Assembly: GCA_903958995.1 (NCBI GenBank)
Contig: CAJBVG010000182.1
Location: 1-33,542, forward strand
DNA from: an uncultured bacterium
GTDB lineage: Bacteria > Bacteroidota > Bacteroidia > Sphingobacteriales > Sphingobacteriaceae
Reading direction: 5' to 3'
DNA: 33,542 nt
The translations under genes were made by a program, and so were the position numbers. Below, piece after piece: positions 17,766-26,000 of this stretch. The notes beneath the pieces were generated by a model. The model saw nothing but the letters and a program-made list of their open reading frames with translations, was not told the DNA's origin and did not search any database. Every line of letters starts with the position of its first letter. The first letter of the stretch is position 1.

Positions 17766-18965
17766 CTACTGAGAGAATTCCGTACTCAACTTAAACCTCA
17801 CAATTCTACCATTCCCTGTATCGCAGATGTATAATGTGCTTCCGAAATAGGCAACAGCAGTTGGTCTGCGGAATTGTTTCGGACCAGAACCTGTACCACC
17901 AAATGAAACGTTAATATTTTTCTTTGATGAATAGCCTGCTGGTGGTGGAACTCCTTCTAAACCGGTTAAGGTAAATAAGTACACCGAATCTTTTGTAGCA
18001 TCGGTTACGAAAATATAATTACTTCCATCGCCTGCAATAGTTATCCCTCTTGGTTCTGTAAACTTATTTGGAGTGTACATAAATCCATCTGCTTTTGTGG
18101 TGTCTTGTCCGGCTAAGCTAGTATTTAATGAATATGATGAACCAAATTCTGAAGAAACAAAGCTGATGTATTGAGTTTTTATTGATGTACTACTCGATAA
18201 AGAAGTGAAAAGAAAATCGCCTCCTTGTTTTACAATATTACTTTGTGGTGCTTTCGCTAAAGTTGAAATGGCAAATGGTGATTTAAAATAATCGGAAATC
18301 AATCCTTGCTCTGTGCTTACACTTACGTTACTTACGAACTTATCGTTTTGGTTAAATACTAAAACTGAATTATCAGGACCGCCAATTTGCGATGAGCTGT
18401 TCGATGGACCAGAACGTGTGATGTAATAACTATTATCGGCCATCATGCTGATTCCATTGATGTGTACAGCAGAATCGGAAGTGGTGAACGATGTTTTAAA
18501 ATAGAAAGGATGAACAACTGTTTTTGAGATGATCGCATTGTTTAATCCGTAACCATTACTCGTAATTAATTTTAAACGATACAAGGCATCGAGTGTATAA
18601 TTCTTACCATTGATGACAGTATCTTTTGTCCCAAGTACTAATAATTCCAAGCTTCTATCCATGGCAATGGCTTTTGCATTTGGAATGCTCTTCTCTCCTA
18701 CTTTTCTGCCCGACTGATCGAATGAAATAACTTTACCTGCATTCTTATCGGCAATGTAAATTAACTCGTCATAACCAATCGTAATGTCGACTGGTGAAGC
18801 AGTAATTTTAATATCAGGAAGAATTGGTACGAATGCGATTGGTTTTTCATCGTAGTTTGGAACGTCGATGAAACCTAAATTAGTTTTATCACCAAATGGT
18901 TTTTCACAAGAGGATAATACACTTGATAGAATAACTAATCCGAATAAATATTTTCTAATCATCAT
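17766..18965 (-). CDS. Lipoprotein with C-terminal NHL-like beta-propeller repeats
   Basis: Lipobox LSSVLSSC. Repeats PRGITIAGDGSNYIFVTDATKDSVYLF and RPTAVAYFGSTLYICDTGNGRIVRF. The start lies 1 nt from the upstream stop codon. Confidence 0.75.
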   Translation of the reverse strand: MMIRKYLFGLVILSSVLSSCEKPFGDKTNLGFIDVPNYDEKPIAFVPILPDIKITASPVDITIGYDELIYIADKNAGKVISFDQSGRKVGEKSIPNAKAIAMDRSLELLVLGTKDTVINGKNYTLDALYRLKLITSNGYGLNNAIISKTVVHPFYFKTSFTTSDSAVHINGISMMADNSYYITRSGPSNSSSQIGGPDNSVLVFNQNDKFVSNVSVSTEQGLISDYFKSPFAISTLAKAPQSNIVKQGGDFLFTSLSSSTSIKTQYISFVSSEFGSSYSLNTSLAGQDTTKADGFMYTPNKFTEPRGITIAGDGSNYIFVTDATKDSVYLFTLTGLEGVPPPAGYSSKKNINVSFGGTGSGPKQFRRPTAVAYFGSTLYICDTGNGRIVRFKLSTEFSQ

Positions 18966-18966
18966 C

Positions 18967-19968
18967 TTATCTTGCTTCTTTATTTAATGAAAACTGTAAT
19001 CCTATTTGTTGCGCGAATCCTAAGTAAGGATGAGGATCTGCAGCGTAATCAATTCTTAAGGGGTGGCGACCAGCACGTGTGCGTAACCCTAATCCAAAGG
19101 TTGGCATCGTAGCATCATTCACACCAATTTTATACCCGGCTCTAACCGAAAATATATTCATCCAAGCGTACTCAACACCTAAGCGTATATTTTCTGAGTT
19201 ATCATTCGGGTGATGAAGTTCTGCAGCAACAAGAATACTATTGCGTGCATCTTTATAAGGCACCATCGACAAACCCATTTTAAATAAGGTTGGTGCTGCG
19301 TAATTATTAATGTCGGGATTGTTACTACTAAACGTGGTGAGTGATTTTGTTACTCCATCAATTTTTGTATTCACTCCGAAATTATTCACGAATACGGCGA
19401 AGCGTAAATCTTTAAAATCTGTTTTATATAAAAATCCTAAATCAACTACACCAGAGTGAACCGTGTATTGATCAATACCTTCGTAAACATATTTTAAACT
19501 TACTCCGTAGCTAAAATAATCAGATAATATTTTTGCATAACTCGCGCCAATGGCTAAGTTTTGAGTGTAGAAATATTGACCAGTACCACCTGGTTGAAAT
19601 TCTGTACGCACTTCCATAGCATCCGAACGAAACGATTGCATACTTAAACTCCAAACACTGTATTTTTTTGTAGGGATAATAGCGCTGATGTATGCATTCT
19701 GCATATCAGAAAAATACAATGTATTCGACAATGCAAAAGTTAATTGCTTTACATCAACCATTGTTGCGGGGTTGTTACTCGCCGAAAAACCATCTCCAGG
19801 TGTTGCTACTCCCGTACCGGCCATTGCCGTTAAACGAGGACTATTACTTAGCTTCAAAAAAGTAAACGCTGCTGTACCTGCACGCTGCCCACCCAAATTC
19901 GGAATCAACTGCGCATTTGCAACACCAGCACCAAGCAATATTAAAATCGTTACTATATATCTTTTCAT
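18967..19968 (-). CDS. PorV/PorQ-family outer-membrane beta-barrel (T9SS-associated, FadL-like)
   Basis: Signal peptide MKRYIVTILILLGAGVANAQ, then GGQRAGTAAFTFLKLSNSPRLTAMAGTGVA...SNNPATM, which matches my recollection of the family N-terminal signature. Alternating beta-strand pattern with an aromatic-rich C-terminus. Start set at ATG 19968. Confidence 0.7.
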   Translation of the reverse strand: MKRYIVTILILLGAGVANAQLIPNLGGQRAGTAAFTFLKLSNSPRLTAMAGTGVATPGDGFSASNNPATMVDVKQLTFALSNTLYFSDMQNAYISAIIPTKKYSVWSLSMQSFRSDAMEVRTEFQPGGTGQYFYTQNLAIGASYAKILSDYFSYGVSLKYVYEGIDQYTVHSGVVDLGFLYKTDFKDLRFAVFVNNFGVNTKIDGVTKSLTTFSSNNPDINNYAAPTLFKMGLSMVPYKDARNSILVAAELHHPNDNSENIRLGVEYAWMNIFSVRAGYKIGVNDATMPTFGLGLRTRAGRHPLRIDYAADPHPYLGFAQQIGLQFSLNKEAR

Positions 19969-19981
19969 TAAAATAGATTGT

Positions 19982-20098
19982 TGTATTAAGTACAATGTAT
20001 TATGTATTATGTATTATTATTTTTCATTGTACATTGTACTTAATACATTGTACAGAACATTAACATATTATCCCATTAACATATTAACATATTAATTA
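19982..20098. repeat. Compound array: 7-nt words (TGTATTA x 4 / ACATTGT x 3, partly inverted), then 8-nt ATTAACAT/ATTATCCC x 5
   Basis: 7-nt units run from 19982 to 20058 and 8-nt units from 20059 to 20098. The last unit, attaatta, contains the stop codon of the 20096 gene. GTACAATGTATTA (19990-20002) pairs with TAATACATTGTAC (20041-20053). Confidence 0.9.
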
Positions 20099-22906
20099 AA
20101 ACTGCCACGTTAACCCCAACATCATTTGTCTCGGTGTTAAATACCTCGCCGGATTAAATGGAGGTGCTCCATTATCTTGTGGATCCGGATAGTTTGGATC
20201 ACGGTATCCATTTGGTAATTGATCACCTAACTCATATGCTTTCCCGGTAACAGGATTAATAATAGCTGCATTTTTATTGTTAAATAAATTCTTCACTTCG
20301 AAACTAACACTAAGCGCTTGTCCTCTTTTTATTGGGAAGTCGCGTGTGATTCTGAAATCTGTATTCCACCATGCACTACCAATTTCAGAGAACGGATTTT
20401 TATCATCCGGTTCATAAATTGGGCGACCTGTTGGAGCAGTCCCATTTTGATAATACGGAGTGTAACGTAATCCTGATTTATACGTTGAGGTAAAGAATAC
20501 TCTGAAATTATTTAAACTACGACCGGCAATTTTAAATGAAGTGTCGGGTTTGAAAATTACTAATAATTTTAAATCTAATGGGCGATCCCAAGCTAAGTAC
20601 TGCTCTACTGTTGGCGATACTTGTCCGGTTTGCAAAATTTGCAATTGCGATTCTTGTGCAGAGTTTGATTTTCCTGTAGCAATTTGGTAAGCCGCACTGA
20701 AGGTTGCTGATAAATATTTTTTAATTCTTCTGTTCAAGGTTACTTCAAATCCACGGATACGAGCGTAATCTTGGTTGATGCTAAAGTTCTTTTCTACGAA
20801 ACGACCTGTTTGATCTTTCACTACAATTTTACGACTTACGATGTAATCGAATTTATCATTATAAAAAGCAGTTGCTGTTACGGCAAAGTTCGAAGTGATT
20901 TGTGTTTTAATACCTACTTCATAAGAAACCGTTACTTCAGGATTCAAATCAGGATTACCTAAATTCGATAAGAACGATCTGTTTTGATATACTGGATCTA
21001 AACCAGCGTACACAAAACGAGGGTGAGGCAAACGACTTAAATGTCCGTAGTTGAAGTACAATACATTGTTATCTGATACAGGGAATGAAACTCTAAGTTT
21101 AGGTAATAATCTAAATTTAAAACGTCGTCCAAAAATATCGGATGAATTACTTAAGTAGCTTTCGCGAATGGCAGCAATTACTGGAGCATTAGGGTCGGCA
21201 ACTGCATTATCAACAAACTTTCCAGGAGCCCAATAGTTTAAACGCAATCCAAGGTTTAAGATAATTCCTTTGTAGCGCATTTCATCTTGAACGTAAATAC
21301 CACCTGTTGCAGGATTCACTTTCCAAATGTCGTTACTCTGACCAATACTGCTTGAAGCTGTTGTTGTAGAATCGTTGATAATAATTGGAGCACCAATCCA
21401 AGGACGAGTAACATCTACCCATTGGTATTCTTGTTCCTTATGTTCTATACCGAATGAAATAAAGTTAGCTTTATTCGGAGTGTAATTGAATTTTACTTTG
21501 AAAGTATTTTCAATAGCATAGTGATCATGCCATAAAGTAGAAACCCCACCGTTGTTGTATAAACCCGGACCAGGATTCACAAAGATGACAGAGTCGCCAG
21601 CATTGTAAATGGTAACAGGATCAGATACGATTGATTGTGGATCGTAAATTTGATCGATGGTAGAAGGTCTGAACGGACGACCATTAGCATCTGCTCTTAA
21701 GTTGGTGAATAAACGAGCGAAGGAAACATCCATCGATAATTTATTGCTAAACAAATTTAAATATTGAATGATGGTTAAGTTTGATTTATGAGTATACGTA
21801 GTCGCGTTATTCATGTTCAAACTAAACAGGTATTGGTAACCTGGAGTTACTACAGCGTTGTTACCAATAATTTGTAATGAACGAGTATTTTGATTGATGT
21901 TTAAAGAAGCTTGATTAGAGATAGAAATTTTCTTACCTGGTTTAATGTTGTAAGTAACCTTCATGGTGTTCGACCATTTGTTATCTTCACGAGGAGCCCA
22001 AATAGAATCGTTGCTAGGTAATAATGTAGAATGTAATTGTTTTGCAGGAGTTTTGAAAAACTCATCGGTGAGTTCCATATTCACACTCGTAAAGAATGTT
22101 AGTTTTTTATTGGTGTATGGAATCGGACCACTAACAGAAAGACTAAGCATATCGGTATTCCATTGCGATTTATCGTTGAAGCCTAAGTTATCTCTGTAGT
22201 ACGAACCACCGAAACGATAGCGATCAGAACCTTCGCGAATACGTGTTAATACAACACCTGAAGTGCCTTCACCATATTCTGCTCCAACACCACCAGTAAT
22301 TACTTCAATGTCGTTGATGGCGTTCGCAGCAATCTCTACACCGAAACCTGTACCCGCCAATGGATCTTGTGCGTTAATACCATCCACTAAATATTGTGTT
22401 TCATAAACACGACCACCACGAATTTGTAAACCATCAGGGTTTTGAGAAACACCTGCTTGGTTAGCAACAATAGACTGAACGTCTTTCACGCTCATGTCTT
22501 TGATATCTTCTGAACTAACTTTAGTACTTGATTTACCAGATTCTAAATCGACGATGGTACGTTGACCAAGAACTTCAACCACACCAATCTCGGTGCTCAC
22601 TTCAGTCATTTGTAAATTCAATGTTGTTACAGCCCCTGATGTAACTTTTACGCCGTTGTATATAATTTCTTTATACCCTAAGTACACTACTTTTAACGAG
22701 TAGTCACCAGGTTTAATATTATTCAACGTGAAATTTCCACTTAAATCTGTAGGTGCTGCGAAATAAGTACCAACAACGGTAACCGTAGCACCAATAATGG
22801 TTTCCTTGGTTTTCTTATCGGTGATCTTACCTTTAATGCTTCCTGTTTGTGCGAAAGCAGAAAGTGTAAAAAGAAGAATCGATAGTGATAGTAAAAGTTT
22901 TTTCAT
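20096..22906 (-). CDS. TonB-dependent-receptor-like outer-membrane protein with an N-terminal CarboxypepD_reg domain
   Basis: Signal peptide, then GSIKGKITDKKTKETIIGATVTV...GNFTLNNIKPGDYSLKVVYLGY (CarboxypepD_reg), a plug region (...GLQIRGGR...VDGI...), a long barrel and a terminal ...LGLTWQF. Confidence 0.88.
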   Translation of the reverse strand: MKKLLLSLSILLFTLSAFAQTGSIKGKITDKKTKETIIGATVTVVGTYFAAPTDLSGNFTLNNIKPGDYSLKVVYLGYKEIIYNGVKVTSGAVTTLNLQMTEVSTEIGVVEVLGQRTIVDLESGKSSTKVSSEDIKDMSVKDVQSIVANQAGVSQNPDGLQIRGGRVYETQYLVDGINAQDPLAGTGFGVEIAANAINDIEVITGGVGAEYGEGTSGVVLTRIREGSDRYRFGGSYYRDNLGFNDKSQWNTDMLSLSVSGPIPYTNKKLTFFTSVNMELTDEFFKTPAKQLHSTLLPSNDSIWAPREDNKWSNTMKVTYNIKPGKKISISNQASLNINQNTRSLQIIGNNAVVTPGYQYLFSLNMNNATTYTHKSNLTIIQYLNLFSNKLSMDVSFARLFTNLRADANGRPFRPSTIDQIYDPQSIVSDPVTIYNAGDSVIFVNPGPGLYNNGGVSTLWHDHYAIENTFKVKFNYTPNKANFISFGIEHKEQEYQWVDVTRPWIGAPIIINDSTTTASSSIGQSNDIWKVNPATGGIYVQDEMRYKGIILNLGLRLNYWAPGKFVDNAVADPNAPVIAAIRESYLSNSSDIFGRRFKFRLLPKLRVSFPVSDNNVLYFNYGHLSRLPHPRFVYAGLDPVYQNRSFLSNLGNPDLNPEVTVSYEVGIKTQITSNFAVTATAFYNDKFDYIVSRKIVVKDQTGRFVEKNFSINQDYARIRGFEVTLNRRIKKYLSATFSAAYQIATGKSNSAQESQLQILQTGQVSPTVEQYLAWDRPLDLKLLVIFKPDTSFKIAGRSLNNFRVFFTSTYKSGLRYTPYYQNGTAPTGRPIYEPDDKNPFSEIGSAWWNTDFRITRDFPIKRGQALSVSFEVKNLFNNKNAAIINPVTGKAYELGDQLPNGYRDPNYPDPQDNGAPPFNPARYLTPRQMMLGLTWQF

Positions 22907-22924
22907 TTAAATTTTATTAATTCA

Positions 22925-22988
22925 TCTCTGTGTCTCTGTGCCTCTGTGATTAGGAATACTTAAACACAGAGACACAATGACACAGTTT
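22925..22988. repeat. Inverted pair of 8-nt arrays (YCTCTGTG x 3, 16-nt spacer, CACARNNN x 3)
   Basis: tctctgtg|tctctgtg|cctctgtg|attaggaatacttaaa|cacagaga|cacaatga|cacagttt. The spacer is exactly two units long, so phase is kept. TGTGTCTCTGTG pairs with CACAGAGACACA. Confidence 0.9.
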
Positions 22989-22993
22989 GAAAT

Positions 22994-23365
22994 TCAATTA
23001 ATACATCTTGTTATTCCATCTTTTAATAATGGGACATTAAAATTAATTAACAAACCAATTTTTTTATTTGATAATTTCAAATAGGACAAAAGCTGTGCTT
23101 TGTGAACAGGTAAAACTAATTCAACAGCTTTTAATTCTATTAATACTTGCTCATTGACAAGCACATCAATAAAAAAACATTTTTCTAATTCAACTCCTTT
23201 GTAAACAACCTTTACTGGAGCATTCTCTCTACATTCAAATCCTTTAAGTCTCAACTCTTGAATCAAACATTTTTGATATACTGATTCTAAAAGTCCAGGT
23301 CCTAAATTTTTATGAACCTCAAAACTTGCTGACACTACAGCTTTTGTAATTTCATTATAATCCAT
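22994..23365 (-). CDS. GxxExxY protein (PD-(D/E)XK-like small protein family)
   Basis: 123 aa with the eponymous motif GPGLLESVY, followed by the ...DVLVNEQVLIELKAV... core. Confidence 0.85.
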   Translation of the reverse strand: MDYNEITKAVVSASFEVHKNLGPGLLESVYQKCLIQELRLKGFECRENAPVKVVYKGVELEKCFFIDVLVNEQVLIELKAVELVLPVHKAQLLSYLKLSNKKIGLLINFNVPLLKDGITRCIN

Positions 23366-23423
23366 CTCACTAATCCTTTCTATTTAATATTATAATCTAC
23401 AATATATCATTCATCTTAACTCA

Positions 23424-23471
23424 CCGGTCCCTGAGCCCTGCCCGCGCAGGCGGGGGAGCCGAAGGGCCCGG
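23424..23471. repeat. GC-rich hairpin (family C) carrying an internal 18-nt GC mini-hairpin
   Basis: CCGGTCCCTGAGC[CCTGCCCGCGCAGGCGGG]GGAGCCGAAGGGCCCGG. Without the bracketed part it matches GGTCCCTGAGCGGAGCCGAAGGGACC at 25970-25995. It ends 2 nt from the stop codon at 23474. Confidence 0.85.
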
Positions 23472-23473
23472 TA

Positions 23474-24991
23474 CTACCATCCGAATTCCCCTAGCAACAC
23501 CTTCTCAAAAAACTTCCTCAACTCATCTTGTTGTCCATTTGCATCGGCATCGCCTTGAAGTTTATATAAGTCGGAGCTGAAAAATATTTGATTGGTTTGG
23601 CTATTTACGTTTAATGTTTTGGCACAAAGCACTCTAGTATTCGTTACCCCATTAGCACGTTTTACTTGCCCGCGATATACCACAAATGCACTCGACTTAG
23701 GGAAGAATGGATCGATGGCATCAGAGAAAGTACTTACTTTCAATGTAGGGTAACCTACTGCATTTACAGCATCAGGAACAACTAATGAATCTAGAGGTAA
23801 GGAAGCTTTTTGGTTTGCTGCAAAAAAAGTTTGGAAACTATCTGCAGGTGTAAATTGAAATAGTGATGATGTTTTCGGGAAAGGACCAGCAGTAGAACCT
23901 TGTGCGTTATTATCAAAGTCACTTGTAATTAAAAGCTTCCCTCCGTTATTTAAATAATCTTGAAAAGTAGTTGAGCCTTCTTCGAATAACATCCCTCCTG
24001 CTGTTGCAGAACGAGAGTTATCTGAGTACATAAATACTTTATCGTATAAACCTAAAGTTAACAAGAAAGTTGGTTTCCATAATTTTGGAATGTATGCTTT
24101 ATTCTGACGATAGAAATCGTAATAATCATATGCACCATAAGCGGCAGACAATGCAGATGCATAAACCACATCAGCATTTGGAGTAGTAGAAATATTAAAA
24201 GCATCGAGTACTAATAAGTCTGATGTTTTTCTACGAAGTACAAATGGGTTTAATGAATCCATCTCACTTTCGGTACCTGATAAGTCTTTCGCTTTAATAT
24301 AAATTATATTGGAAGCACCAACGACTAAGCCTGTAATTTTTCTATTTAAATTAATTGAGCTACTACCTGCATAAACCGAAGCATTTGTTAATCCATTTAC
24401 TTCTGGTTGATCAGGAACGATACTAGCAAATGAAAAGTTTTTAGAAATAGCGAACCAAGCACCATTATTTATTTTGATATAAACAGAATCTAATGTTCCT
24501 ATTCCATCTAAATCGTTTGCAGTCCAAAGTAGTGAGAACACTGAATAAACCGAATCGCCTTTGATTAAATTATCATCTAAAGAAATAGTGGGCGCTGTAT
24601 TTTTAATTGGAATTTTTAGGTACGCTGGTGTTTTATCTTTATTGCCTTCGTTGTCGATTGCACGAACATAAAAATTGATATCTGTAGTATCACTTCCATT
24701 ATTGATGCTGAAGCGAAAAACAGAATCTTGATTTTCGGTATAAGTCCAGTTAATATTATCAAAAGAAATTTCGTATCCAGTGATGTACCCATCTTTATCA
24801 TCACCAGACCATTTCATATCGACAATTGCATTTAATCGATCGGTACCTGAGCGATTAATACTCGATAAATATAGATTGGTAACTGGTTCGGAATTGGGTT
24901 TTAATTGACCTTCTTTTTCACAAGAAAGCAATACAAAGGAAAGTAGAACACAAAATAGCATTCTAGAGAAAGTTGTAGCCGTTTTTATCAT
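23474..24991 (-). CDS. Predicted lipoprotein with two N-terminal Ig/FN3-like modules; function unknown
   Basis: Lipobox VLLSC. Repeated module W(S/T)xxDxDGxxxxxxxxI(S/K)xxNxxW. I recognise no catalytic motif. Confidence 0.6.
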   Translation of the reverse strand: MIKTATTFSRMLFCVLLSFVLLSCEKEGQLKPNSEPVTNLYLSSINRSGTDRLNAIVDMKWSGDDKDGYITGYEISFDNINWTYTENQDSVFRFSINNGSDTTDINFYVRAIDNEGNKDKTPAYLKIPIKNTAPTISLDDNLIKGDSVYSVFSLLWTANDLDGIGTLDSVYIKINNGAWFAISKNFSFASIVPDQPEVNGLTNASVYAGSSSINLNRKITGLVVGASNIIYIKAKDLSGTESEMDSLNPFVLRRKTSDLLVLDAFNISTTPNADVVYASALSAAYGAYDYYDFYRQNKAYIPKLWKPTFLLTLGLYDKVFMYSDNSRSATAGGMLFEEGSTTFQDYLNNGGKLLITSDFDNNAQGSTAGPFPKTSSLFQFTPADSFQTFFAANQKASLPLDSLVVPDAVNAVGYPTLKVSTFSDAIDPFFPKSSAFVVYRGQVKRANGVTNTRVLCAKTLNVNSQTNQIFFSSDLYKLQGDADANGQQDELRKFFEKVLLGEFGW

Positions 24992-24997
24992 AAAAAT

Positions 24998-25021
24998 AAA
25001 TCAAGCTAAAATACTTGATTT
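24998..25021 (-). terminator. Weak AT-rich hairpin plus U-rich tail between the two lipoprotein genes
   Basis: AAATCAAG-8 nt-CTTGATTT, followed on the minus strand by ATTTTTAT. It ends 6 nt before ATG 24991. Confidence 0.3.
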
Positions 25022-25060
25022 TTATGGAGAAAAGAAAAAAATAAGCATTTAAAAAGACGA

Positions 25061-25906
25061 TTATCTCATGCTAAAATTATAGCCCTGAGTAAGCCCAAAT
25101 GAAGCATTTTTGAAATAGAAAAATGATGGTTCGAAATTTGGATTTAATCCGAGTTCAAATGTCCCTGAATTTGGACGAATAAGTGAAGTAGCATAATGCC
25201 TACTAAAATACAAAGGCAAATCGGGTAAAATATCTAAAAGGGTAGTTTGATTAGGGTTTTTAAGCAATAAAATAAAGGGTAATAGTTCGTTAGAATGGTA
25301 TAAATTATTAAAAAACTGCCCATATTGATATTCAACGGTTGAAGTACTATCCGAACAGTTACCCAAATCTAAACCCGAGCAAAAAAAAGCTGACTCAATA
25401 ATTCCACCAATTTCACCTGTTTCTCTAACCAAATACCTTCGCTCTATACTTTTTAAATTAACTGAATCATAATTAAAAATTAACGCAAACGGATCATTTA
25501 CTCGGTAATACTTTAGGGTTGAAACTAACTTAACATTAGAAGGAGGAATTATCTTATACTCTATTTCAATATTTTCTAAACCAACAGACTCTTCATCCAA
25601 TAATGAAGTTATATTTCCAGCAATATCATAAATTGGAAAGTACTTTTTTATAGAGTTGCTTTTTTCGTAGTTTATTAGAATGGACTTCCAAGCATAAACA
25701 TTTGAAATCTCCAGATTAAAATCGAAAGATGTTTCTTTAGATTCTGTGTCTGTATAATATAAAGTTGCAAGTCGGTATCCGAATTTAACGGTGTCCTTTG
25801 GTGGATTGATATAGGTTGCGATACCATTGCTACTTTCTCGCTCGCAAGAAGAAAATAGAAACAAGAGACTTGAAAAAAGAGATATGTAATAAGAGATCTT
25901 CTTCAT
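25061..25906 (-). CDS. Predicted lipoprotein, function unknown
   Basis: 281 aa with lipobox LFLFSSC. I recognise no family. Confidence 0.6.
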   Translation of the reverse strand: MKKISYYISLFSSLLFLFSSCERESSNGIATYINPPKDTVKFGYRLATLYYTDTESKETSFDFNLEISNVYAWKSILINYEKSNSIKKYFPIYDIAGNITSLLDEESVGLENIEIEYKIIPPSNVKLVSTLKYYRVNDPFALIFNYDSVNLKSIERRYLVRETGEIGGIIESAFFCSGLDLGNCSDSTSTVEYQYGQFFNNLYHSNELLPFILLLKNPNQTTLLDILPDLPLYFSRHYATSLIRPNSGTFELGLNPNFEPSFFYFKNASFGLTQGYNFSMR

Positions 25907-25917
25907 AAGTTAAATAT

Positions 25918-25951
25918 AAAAAAAGCCGCGAATTTCTCCGCGGCTTTTTTT
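25918..25951. terminator. Symmetric (bidirectional-type) intrinsic terminator
   Basis: A7-GCCGCG-aatttctc-CGCGGC-T7. On the minus strand it terminates the 26001-28112 transcript. Confidence 0.8.
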
Positions 25952-25969
25952 ATATACTATTTTAATGAC

Positions 25970-25995
25970 GGTCCCTGAGCGGAGCCGAAGGGACC
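25970..25995. repeat. GC-rich hairpin, family C (GGTCCCT-gagcggagccga-AGGGACC)
   Basis: 7-bp stem, 5 nt 3' of the stop at 26001. Related to 23424-23471. Confidence 0.8.
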
Positions 25996-26000
25996 TATTA

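Noticed and set aside
19688-20095. 135-aa plus-strand ORF spanning the PorV/PorQ-like gene start and the repeat array
   Set aside because: It is antisense to a supported CDS, and its 3' half is a translation of heptamer and octamer arrays.
20096-22906. Canonical SusC/SusD polysaccharide utilisation locus
   Set aside because: There is no SusD-like lipoprotein gene adjacent, and no glycoside hydrolases or hybrid two-component or ECF regulators are nearby. The receptor is followed by a PorV/PorQ-like gene instead.
22994-23365. GxxExxY gene as a marker of a 23S rRNA intervening sequence
   Set aside because: No rRNA-like sequence flanks it. The neighbours are protein-coding genes and repeat arrays.
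24616-24804. 62-aa same-strand ORF in another frame inside 23474-24991
   Set aside because: It is fully nested in a longer ORF that has a lipoprotein signal and repeated domain structure. Nothing suggests programmed frameshifting.
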